NCBI GenBank assembly: GCA_001873675.1
Contig: MNZP01000007.1
Coordinates: 1 to 38,750 of the forward strand
DNA: 38,750 nucleotides
DNA from: Syntrophaceae bacterium CG2_30_49_12
GTDB lineage: Bacteria; Desulfobacterota; Syntrophia; Syntrophales; CG2-30-49-12
Direction of reading: 5' to 3'
Part shown: positions 18,480 to 25,584 of the stretch, in pieces
How positions within the stretch are numbered: position 1 is the stretch's first letter
Layout: the number at the start of each line of letters is the position of its first letter
Notes under the pieces: model-generated
What the model was told of the DNA's origin: nothing
The model's input: the letters and a program-made list of their open reading frames with translations, nothing else
The model's database searches: none
Program-made: the position numbers and the translations under genes

Positions 18480-20165
18480 ATGGGGGAAGTAAAAACAGTC
18501 CACGCCAACATTGTTGACGTCTTAAATTCTGAAATATATCCGGGAAAACTGGAGATTGCCGACGGTAAAATAGCGGATATCCGGAGGGAAAGCAGAAAGC
18601 AGGAAACATACATTATCCCCGGTTTTGTTGACTCCCATGTACATATCGAGAGTTCGATGCTGCCTCCCTCAGAATTCGCCAGGGTGGCGGCTGTCCATGG
18701 AACGGTGGCCGTCGTCTCCGATCCCCATGAGATAGCCAATGTCCTGGGCATGGAGGGTATCCGTTACATGATAGAAAACGCGAAAACAGTACCAGTGAAG
18801 TTTTTCTTCGGGGCCCCTTCCTGTGTGCCGGCATCTCCTTTCGAGACGAGCGGGGCATCCATAGGTCCCGAACAGGTGGAAGAACTTCTGAAAATGGACG
18901 AGATAAAATACCTGGCCGAGGTCATGAACTTCCCGGCAGTGATCAACGGCGACCCTGATATCCATAGAAAGATCGGCACGGCTAAAAAATACGGGAAACC
19001 GATAGATGGTCATGCACCAGGGCTTATGGGGGAAAACCTCGAAAAATATGCAAGCGCAGGTATCTCCACGGACCACGAGTGTTTTACCATAGAAGAGGCG
19101 CGGGAAAAGATCAGGCTGGGGATGAAAGTTATGATCAGGGAGGGTTCGGCAGCGAGAAACTTCGATGAACTAATGCCTCTCCTGAAAGATCATGATGAAA
19201 ATCCCCCCTCACCCCCCTTTGGAAAAGGGGGGCTGGGGGGATTTTCAGGTGGGAGCTGCATGTTCTGTAGTGATGATATCCATCCCCATGAACTGATAAA
19301 AGGCCATATCAACGATCTTGTGAAGAGGTCATTAGAGCAGGGTCTTGATCTGATGAAGGTTCTCAAGGTTGCCTGCCTCAATCCTGTTTTGCACTACGGA
19401 TTAGATGTCGGGCTGCTGCGCCGGGGAGATGATGCCGATTTTCTCGTGGTAGATAGTCTCGATAACTTGCAGGTATTAAAAACATATATCGGCGGGGAGA
19501 TTGTCGCCGCCGAGGGCAGATCACTCCTCACGAAAAAACCGGCAAAAATAGTGAATAATTTTAATGTGGGGAAAAGCAAGGTCAAAGACTTCACCCTTCC
19601 CGGCAAGAAAGGCAAGATAAACGTGATTGAGGCCATCGCCGGTCAGTTGATGACAAACAAACTGGTTATCCCTCCGAAAATAGTAGAGGGGAATGTGGTA
19701 TCTGATCTGGAGAGAGACATTTTGAAGATTGTCGTCGTCAACCGCTACCGGGAAGCGCAGGCAGCGACCGGTTTTGTCAAAAATTTCGGGCTGAAAAAGG
19801 GCGCCATGGCCGCGAGCGTCGCTCACGATTCGCATAACATCATCGCCACGGGGGTTACTGACGAAGATATCTGCCGGGCTGTCAACCTGATCATTGAGAA
19901 TAAAGGCGGCCTCAGTGCGGTGGCGAAAGATACAGAAATGTTCCTGCCCCTTCCCATCGCCGGGCTCATGAGCAACGAGGATTATTCCGCGGTGGCAGAA
20001 AAATACACCCTCATGGACAGTACAGTCCGGGCCTTCGGTTCAACATTGCATGCCCCCTTCATGACCCTGTCATTCATGGCGCTGCCAGTTATTCCCCGGA
20101 TAAAGCTAACAGACAGGGGATTATTCGATGGGGAAAAATTTGGATTTATGGATATTTTCACGTAG
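18480..20165 (+). CDS. ade: Adenine deaminase (amidohydrolase superfamily)
   Basis: It has IPGFVDSHVHIESS, DGHAPG, MIREGSAARN, CSDD.HP and VAHDSHN. The start is at 18480 after GAGGAA; the ORF opens at 18465. Confidence 0.88.
   Translation: MGEVKTVHANIVDVLNSEIYPGKLEIADGKIADIRRESRKQETYIIPGFVDSHVHIESSMLPPSEFARVAAVHGTVAVVSDPHEIANVLGMEGIRYMIENAKTVPVKFFFGAPSCVPASPFETSGASIGPEQVEELLKMDEIKYLAEVMNFPAVINGDPDIHRKIGTAKKYGKPIDGHAPGLMGENLEKYASAGISTDHECFTIEEAREKIRLGMKVMIREGSAARNFDELMPLLKDHDENPPSPPFGKGGLGGFSGGSCMFCSDDIHPHELIKGHINDLVKRSLEQGLDLMKVLKVACLNPVLHYGLDVGLLRRGDDADFLVVDSLDNLQVLKTYIGGEIVAAEGRSLLTKKPAKIVNNFNVGKSKVKDFTLPGKKGKINVIEAIAGQLMTNKLVIPPKIVEGNVVSDLERDILKIVVVNRYREAQAATGFVKNFGLKKGAMAASVAHDSHNIIATGVTDEDICRAVNLIIENKGGLSAVAKDTEMFLPLPIAGLMSNEDYSAVAEKYTLMDSTVRAFGSTLHAPFMTLSFMALPVIPRIKLTDRGLFDGEKFGFMDIFT
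19207..19254. repeat. 48-bp GC-rich palindromic element inserted in frame in ade
   Basis: The sequence is AAAATCCCCCCTCACCCCCC-TTTGGAAAA-GGGGGGCTGGGGGGATTTT. It encodes ENPPSPPFGKGGLGGF at a position where E. coli Ade has only a short linker. Confidence 0.8.
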
Positions 20166-20232
20166 TGGGGATCATGTTATCGGTAAGGACAACTTGATAG
20201 TGACGTAAAACCTCTCGTTATTCTGAATTTCT

Positions 20233-20261
20233 TTGACATATAAGGCAGGTACTTCTATACT
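20233..20261 (+). promoter_or_regulatory. Near-consensus sigma70 promoter upstream of the MNT/HEPN pair
   Basis: TTGACA (20233-20238), a 17-nt spacer, then TATACT (20256-20261), about 37 nt upstream of the MNT start. Confidence 0.55.
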
Positions 20262-20297
20262 ACGCTACGGAAAAATTAAAAGACAATTCTTATCAAA

Positions 20298-20588
20298 TTG
20301 GGAAAGCAAGAAATTTTCGACATCATCAGAAGCAGCAAACCGGAACTGGAATCCCGTTACGGAGTACGGCGGGTCGGACTGTTCGGCTCCTGCGTCAAAG
20401 ATCAACAGCGAAAAAAGAGCGATATTGATATCCTCGTAACCTTCAGCCGTGACATCGATCTTTTCGACTTTGTTGACCTGCGGGAATTCTTGGAAAAAAG
20501 ACTACATACCAAGGTTGATCTGGTCATGGAATCAGCTCTCAAACCAACCATTGGCAAGCGTATCCTGGCCGAGGTCGAATATGTCTAA
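20298..20588 (+). CDS. mntA: Nucleotidyltransferase-domain antitoxin (MNT)
   Basis: It has the GS-x(n)-DxD motif (LFGSCVKD...SDIDILV). It uses a TTG start and is paired with the downstream HEPN gene. Confidence 0.8.
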   Translation: MGKQEIFDIIRSSKPELESRYGVRRVGLFGSCVKDQQRKKSDIDILVTFSRDIDLFDFVDLREFLEKRLHTKVDLVMESALKPTIGKRILAEVEYV

Positions 20589-20931
20589 AAGGCGGGAGAT
20601 AGCCGATTACCTCGATGACATCTTGACCGCCGTATCCGAAGTAGAGGAATTCACCCGTGACATGACCTACGAGACATTTGCGGCAGACAAAAAGACCGTC
20701 AATGCCGTGATCAGGAGCCTTGAAGTTCTTGGCGAAGCCGCCAAGCACATCCCCGCATCTTTTCGCAAAAGGTATCCCGACATCCCCTGGAACAAAATGG
20801 CCGGCATGCGGGACGTGCTTATCCACGATTATATGGGCGTTGATTTGAAGACCGTCTGGAAAGTCGCTCATGAACGGTTGCCGGAGTTAAAGCCCTTGTT
20901 CAAAGGGCTAAGCCTTAAAAAAAGAGATTGA
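20581..20931 (+). CDS. hepT: HEPN-domain (DUF86) toxin
   Basis: It has an R-x4-H motif (RDVLIH) and the DUF86-like string YLDDIL....I..F. Its start overlaps the MNT stop by 8 nt. Confidence 0.85.
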   Translation: MSKRREIADYLDDILTAVSEVEEFTRDMTYETFAADKKTVNAVIRSLEVLGEAAKHIPASFRKRYPDIPWNKMAGMRDVLIHDYMGVDLKTVWKVAHERLPELKPLFKGLSLKKRD

Positions 20932-21031
20932 AATCAAATCGCAATTACCCCTCATGAATTTCCCAATTCCGCCGATTCTGCCAAGGACAAACATAGCGCA
21001 GCGGAATGCAATATCAGCGATTTTCAAGAAG

Positions 21032-21328
21032 CTAAAAGTCAGCAAATGATTTGCCTTCCAGGTAGTCAGGGAAGGCATAGATTCCAGTAACCTGCATCCA
21101 GCAACCCTGCTTCCTCGACCACTCTGGTAATCGGACAGCAGTAACACATGCCTGTGACAACGTACCTATTGATCTTGTATTGGCTCCTGGCTCTACCCAG
21201 CGATGCTCCTGGAGGAGGCCATCGTAGATATCATCAACTGTGCTGAATGAGCTGGCTTGCAGCACTTTTCCCCACTCAGCATCAGTGCATGAACCCTCAT
21301 AGACGACCGACTTTGGATCAAAACCCAA
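21032..21328 (-). CDS. Hypothetical protein (98 aa, TTG start)
   Basis: This is an ORF only, with no recognisable motif. It is the only sizeable ORF in this stretch. Confidence 0.3.
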   Translation of the reverse strand: MGFDPKSVVYEGSCTDAEWGKVLQASSFSTVDDIYDGLLQEHRWVEPGANTRSIGTLSQACVTAVRLPEWSRKQGCWMQVTGIYAFPDYLEGKSFADF

Positions 21329-21492
21329 GTCTTCTATATGTGGCGGTAGCAGTGATCTGGTTTAACTTCGCTGCAAAGGAGAACAAACCCATCTTTAAAT
21401 AAGGTGTCTTGCTCCGCTGCCTCGTAAAGCCTCAAAGAATTCTCTGGCCGTTTTCTTAGTAAAACCAATGGTGTATATGGTCACTGGGAGCC

Positions 21493-22009
21493 TCACAGTG
21501 GGAGTGAAAGTTGATTGATTCCCACCCCTGCTCTCTCCTTCCAAAGCTCTTCATAAGTTTGAATTTGACCACTGCCACGAATATGCAAGATTTGAACACC
21601 TTCTCGCCGCAAACTCTCGCCAACCAACAAGTTGCGGTGGCAAGAGGAAGGATCCTCTTCAGCACACATCACACAGATACGATACTTCTTCAAACCTTCC
21701 AAAAGCCGACTGATTCCATGTTGAAACGACTCTTTACTTTGCATTGACTGATAGTCCGGTTTACCTGTTTGCGGATTGTAGCAATCTGGGTCACCAGGAC
21801 GACCTCCCAACACATCGCCTAGATAGAGATATTGAATTCCTACTACTTTCAGAATCTGCTCCAAATCATGCGGATTTGTATAAGGCCCAGGGACTACCAG
21901 GATTACTTCGTACATCCACGAGAACCTTAATTTCGGTCTGAGTCAGCAACCGTACAAATGTGTCAGGTGAGTGATTGCTGTGGCCTATCGTGTAGATATT
22001 ACTATCCAT
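21493..22009 (-). pseudogene. DUF488-family gene split by a frameshift
   Basis: The minus-strand ATG at 22009 opens MDSNIYTIGHSNHSPDTFVRLLTQTEIKVLVDVRSNPGS..., which stops at 21866. The rest of the family signature (GIQYLYLGDVLGG...CVMCAEEDPSSCHRNLL) continues in another frame (ORF 21493-21915). Confidence 0.7.
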
Positions 22010-22013
22010 CTCG

Positions 22014-22223
22014 CTAAGCTACCTTTCCCCCAACCAATAAAATAGCATAAGTACCGCTCTTAAGCGACCTACCAAGCAGGATTCGAATTGGTTTTGAATT
22101 GAGTGAAGTAGGAACAGTAGAAGATTGCAATTTCAAAATCAATGGTTCCCCCATAACATATTCGAACCAGTTCGCACATTCTGCCGTTTTGAGGTACATC
22201 TGAACTATTTCAGAAGTATCCAC
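22014..22223 (-). CDS. Hypothetical small protein (69 aa, GTG start), 5 nt upstream of the DUF488 start
   Basis: This is an ORF only, with no SD. Its placement immediately after the attC-like site and before DUF488 is suggestive. Confidence 0.25.
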   Translation of the reverse strand: MDTSEIVQMYLKTAECANWFEYVMGEPLILKLQSSTVPTSLNSKPIRILLGRSLKSGTYAILLVGGKVA

Positions 22224-22239
22224 ACTTCTATAGAAGAAA

Positions 22240-22314
22240 GCCCAACGCTCAGCTTAACCGGCTGGCAATGGAGCGCAGCGGAACTGCCAGTCTGAGTTGA
22301 TGCGGTGGTTAGGG
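22240..22314 (-). mobile_element. attC-like recombination site (75 nt)
   Basis: The minus strand reads CCCTAAC-CACCGCATCAACTCAGACTGGCA-GTTCCGCTGCGCTCCAT-TGCCAGCCGGTTAAGCTGAGC-GTTGGGC. That gives an R'' box, an imperfect stem, a loop, and an R' box matching GTTRRRY exactly. The 3' half resembles the GGCTTAACTCAAGCGTTAGAT of the aadA7 attC as I recall it. Confidence 0.6.
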
Positions 22315-22353
22315 GCCATTTTACGAACCAGATGTATCATGAGTACAAATGCT

Positions 22354-22378
22354 ACTCATAGTCTGTAGACTTTTAGAC
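22354..22378 (+). promoter_or_regulatory. C-box operator for the controller protein
   Basis: ACTCATAGTC-TGTA-GACTTTTAGAC matches the known C-box pattern (GACT-N3-AGTC, TGTA, GACT-N3-AGTC) of C.PvuII/C.AhdI-type systems. It lies 23 nt upstream of the C gene ATG. Confidence 0.8.
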
Positions 22379-22400
22379 ATCTTTTGTCGATATTCTTGCC

Positions 22401-22619
22401 ATGAATAGAGATCCCAAAACAACCCTTGGTGAGAACATCTGGCGTCTCCGAAAAAATGCCGGCTGGTCACAAGAAGAACTTGCTGAAGCTTGCGGTCTTC
22501 ACCGAACCTATATCGGTGCAATTGAACGTGGTGAGCGAAATGTGAGCCTTCAGAATATTGTGGAGATCGCTCGTGCGTTAGGGGTGACTGCTTCCGATCT
22601 TGTGGAGGGAATTTCGTGA
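22401..22619 (+). CDS. Restriction-modification controller (C) protein, XRE-family HTH
   Basis: 72 aa with W.QEELAE..GLHRTYIG.IERGERN.SL.NI..IA.AL. Its stop overlaps the start of the downstream endonuclease gene. Confidence 0.85.
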   Translation: MNRDPKTTLGENIWRLRKNAGWSQEELAEACGLHRTYIGAIERGERNVSLQNIVEIARALGVTASDLVEGIS

Positions 22620-23215
22620 TGCCGTCACCATATAGAGGGCTGAAACCCAATCGATGGCTCGAAATAACAAAAAAGTTATTGGACAACCACCCTCTCGCCC
22701 AAGATGAAATAGTTGATGTAGTTCTCTCGGTGTGGAAATCGATATTTGACTCCAAAATGGGTACAAAGGGATTCCGTATTGGCAAAGACATATTTCCGAA
22801 GCCACAAATAATGGGTTTCTTTTTGCATGAGCTCATTCCCCTCGAACTAGCAGCGCGATATCCTAATAAATGGCGAGGAGAAAAAAATACATCTGACAAG
22901 GACATTGTTTATATACCTGACGATAGATACTCCATTGAAGTCAAGACATCTTCGGACCCAAACCATATTTACGGTAATCGAAGTTACGCCCAGGCAACTC
23001 CATCGAAAGGAAAGAAAGCAAAATCTGGATATTATTTGGCGGTAAATTTTGAGAAATTTTCAAAGACAATTAAATACCCCCACATTAGGCTCATACGTTT
23101 CGGGTGGCTCGATTCCGAAGATTGGATGGGGCAAAAAGCTCCTACAGGCCAACAATCTCGATTACCAACCGAAGTAGAGAACAATAAGCTTCTGGAACTC
23201 TATCGGAAACCTTAA
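22619..23215 (+). CDS. Type II restriction endonuclease candidate (PD-(D/E)xK)
   Basis: About 198 aa with D-x(n)-E-V-K (DKDIVYIPDDRYSIEVK). It is translationally coupled to the C gene (GTGATG) and converges on the methyltransferase. A GTG start at 22616 is the alternative. Confidence 0.65.
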   Translation: MPSPYRGLKPNRWLEITKKLLDNHPLAQDEIVDVVLSVWKSIFDSKMGTKGFRIGKDIFPKPQIMGFFLHELIPLELAARYPNKWRGEKNTSDKDIVYIPDDRYSIEVKTSSDPNHIYGNRSYAQATPSKGKKAKSGYYLAVNFEKFSKTIKYPHIRLIRFGWLDSEDWMGQKAPTGQQSRLPTEVENNKLLELYRKP

Positions 23216-24234
23216 AAAAGCTTCATTTGACTCTGTGCGATTCGTCTCTTCTTTTTAAACGATTCAAATCTATCAACTGCTAGTTGGCAATATTCTGTTT
23301 TTAATTCAATTCCAATAAAGAGCCGCCCCAACCCATACGCAGCTATCCCTGCAGAAACTGAACCAGCAAAAGGATCAATTATCATATCCGCTTGCATAGA
23401 AGATGTTTTAATTATTCTTTCTACTACCCCAAGTGGGAATTGGGCTGGGTGCCCTGTGCGTTCCTTCGAACTGCGTTTGATTCCAGTAGTGACTTTTGGA
23501 AACTCCCATACGTCTGATGGATTCTTCCCAAGCGGATTACATCTATATTTACCGTCCTTTTTTTGATTAGGGTATTTTACGTTCGGATCACGGATTTCAT
23601 CGAGGTTGAACGTGTAGTTTTTTGGATTTTTAACATAAAACAGCCACTTCTCATTACGAGGGCTTAAGTGTCGTTTTGTGGAGACTCCAGCTCCATAATG
23701 CCAGACAACTTCCTGCAAAAGATAGAATTTTGATTTATTCCACAATAAGTAAGGAATAGGCACGCACAAACCCTTTTGAGGCACCTCCAAATAGCCGACA
23801 TTTAGCCAAAATGACCCGTATTCTTTGGTTATTTCATAAATCTTGTCCATCCATTTCTCGCACCATTTTATGTAATCCTCGACATCCAATGGGCTTTCGT
23901 ACTCCTTTCCAATATTGTAAGGAGGAGAGGTTAAAGTTAAATCTACCTGAATTTCATTATCAGCCATTTTTTCAAGGAATTCTGTTGAATCCCCTTGATA
24001 TAAAATAAAACCATTATCTGAATAAAATGGCTTACCAATTGCGCGGTGAAGTGATTTTTCAACTACCAAATGTTTTTCATCGAGCTTTTGTTTTAAATCG
24101 ATTGGAAATGGACACAGAAGAGAAGATGGTGCTATAGCCGTGGGTTTGTGTTTATCGATCCCATTCGCCACATATGTGTTATACTCTTTGGTAGCGATTT
24201 TACGGGATCTATCCTCTGGTATTCCAATTTGCAT
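23212..24234 (-). CDS. Beta-class amino DNA methyltransferase, probably N4-cytosine
   Basis: Motif IV TSPPY (LTLTSPPYN) precedes motif I DPFAGSVS, which is the beta-class order. SPPY rather than DPPY favours N4mC. Confidence 0.85.
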   Translation of the reverse strand: MQIGIPEDRSRKIATKEYNTYVANGIDKHKPTAIAPSSLLCPFPIDLKQKLDEKHLVVEKSLHRAIGKPFYSDNGFILYQGDSTEFLEKMADNEIQVDLTLTSPPYNIGKEYESPLDVEDYIKWCEKWMDKIYEITKEYGSFWLNVGYLEVPQKGLCVPIPYLLWNKSKFYLLQEVVWHYGAGVSTKRHLSPRNEKWLFYVKNPKNYTFNLDEIRDPNVKYPNQKKDGKYRCNPLGKNPSDVWEFPKVTTGIKRSSKERTGHPAQFPLGVVERIIKTSSMQADMIIDPFAGSVSAGIAAYGLGRLFIGIELKTEYCQLAVDRFESFKKKRRIAQSQMKLF

Positions 24235-24303
24235 ATCTTATCCCTTGGTTTGTACGTAGAAAATTTTAAAAATGCTTATCCTAAGAATACCATCTGGGAA
24301 AAC

Positions 24304-24355
24304 TCCTAACCGTTGCTTATCAGGCCGATATGCCTTGATAAACCGCTTATTAGAT
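24304..24355 (-). mobile_element. Short attC-like site / cassette 5' boundary
   Basis: The minus strand reads ATCTAAT-AAGCGG-TTTATCAAGGC-ATATCG-GCCTGATAA-GCAACG-GTTAGGA. The inner stem is 9 bp with one bulged A, and the R'-like core is GTTAGGA. Confidence 0.4.
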
Positions 24356-24729
24356 TGAATGAATTTTCTGGCAAATTTGCCCCATGCCTGTTATCAATAA
24401 AGCGCAGTTATTTTAACAGGGAATAGGAACAGATGTCAACATCAGAAAAACGTAAATTGCTGGATGAAACAAGTGAAATTATGCGTTATGCCACTACTCA
24501 ATCCACATGGAACGGGCATACTGCGACCGGGTTAAATTTTCTCCGTCCCGTTTTTCCCTTGTTCGGAGAAAAGCAGAAAAATGAATTCGTCCCAATTAAC
24601 GCCCAATTAACACGTATTAAATCATAAAATGGAGTGATTATCATGGGCGATCTCCCCATGATACGGTAAATCATAAACGACATTCCCTTGAGCAGGAATG
24701 AAAATCACGTTACTTCGAGGAGTCAGAAA

Positions 24730-25581
24730 ATGCACACAGAATATTCACAGTTATGCTTTACCGGCGCATCAAAATATGTGCTGGATGAAGAACTTGCAAA
24801 AATTGTAAACATCTCCATGGCTCTTGAAATGCCTCTTCTTCTGAAGGGTGAGCCGGGAACAGGAAAAACCATGTTGGCCCATGCAATTGCTGAGGCGCTG
24901 AAAATGAGGCTCATTGCGCTGAATGTGAAATCAAGCATGAAACTTATCGAAGCCCTCTATCAGTATGACACATTAACCAGACTGAACGACAGCCGGTTCG
25001 GGGACTCAAAGCGGGATGTAAGCGACATTGAAGAGTACATCAAAATGGGGAAAATAGGGCAATCCTTTGTTTCAGAAGAAAGGGTGGTGCTGCTGATTGA
25101 TGAGATAGACAAGGCCGACACTGATTTCCAGGACGATATGCTGGATGTGCTTGATCAGATGGAGTTTGACATCATTGAAATTGACAAAACCATAAGAGCG
25201 AAAAACAGACCTGTGATCATCATCACCTCAAATGCCAAAAAAGACCTCTCGGACCCCTTCCTTGGCCGATGCAATTTCCACCACATCGCCTTCCCCGATC
25301 AAGAAATGATGAGAAAAATCGTGACCGTTCATTTCCCTGATATCAGCAAGAGTTTGCTTGATAGCGCCGTAAATGCCTTCTATCGTGTGAGGGATATCCG
25401 GGGGGTGGAAAAGAAGCCTGCTACCCGCGAGCTTATCAATTGGATAAGGGCTCTCCGATCTGACCCTGATTTCAATATCAAAGACCTTGTAAGAGGCGAT
25501 GTCCCTTTTCCGGGAGTCCTTTTTAAGAAAAGTCAGGATTATGCAGTGGCCCAGAACGCTGTGGCTCTGTTTAAAATATAG
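24730..25581 (+). CDS. MoxR-like AAA+ ATPase
   Basis: It has Walker A GEPGTGKT and Walker B LLIDEIDK. The start is at 24730 after GAGGAG; the ORF opens at 24688. Confidence 0.85.
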   Translation: MHTEYSQLCFTGASKYVLDEELAKIVNISMALEMPLLLKGEPGTGKTMLAHAIAEALKMRLIALNVKSSMKLIEALYQYDTLTRLNDSRFGDSKRDVSDIEEYIKMGKIGQSFVSEERVVLLIDEIDKADTDFQDDMLDVLDQMEFDIIEIDKTIRAKNRPVIIITSNAKKDLSDPFLGRCNFHHIAFPDQEMMRKIVTVHFPDISKSLLDSAVNAFYRVRDIRGVEKKPATRELINWIRALRSDPDFNIKDLVRGDVPFPGVLFKKSQDYAVAQNAVALFKI

Positions 25582-25584
25582 ACT

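Noticed and set aside
18480-20165. Whether the adenine deaminase is a defence-type deaminase (RADAR-like or a nucleotide-depletion effector), given its position next to the TA/RM islet.
   Set aside because: It has the full canonical Ade/amidohydrolase motif set and normal length apart from the repeat insertion. It is translationally linked to the upstream core genes and has no partner ATPase.
20955-21025. A possible third attC site downstream of the 98-aa ORF.
   Set aside because: It shares only a 12-mer (TTCCGCTGCGCT) with the 22.3-kb site and has a 7-bp stem (ATTCCGC/GCGGAAT). The R'-like core is ATTGGGA, which lacks the essential G, and no R'' partner is present. I kept it only as a speculative remnant inside a finding.
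21617-21633. A 16/17-nt identity (TCGCCA[A/G]CCAACAAGTT) between the inside of the DUF488 gene and the dcm cassette junction at 37411-37427.
   Set aside because: Similarity stops abruptly on both sides. In DUF488 the match encodes the conserved CHRNLLVGE motif. It is most likely coincidence plus the commonness of CCAACAAG-type strings, not a shared element.
24433-24627. A 64-aa plus-strand ORF between the methyltransferase and MoxR.
   Set aside because: It has a weak AGGAA upstream but no recognisable motif. It lies in a repeat-rich AT-rich spacer, so there is not enough support to call it a gene.
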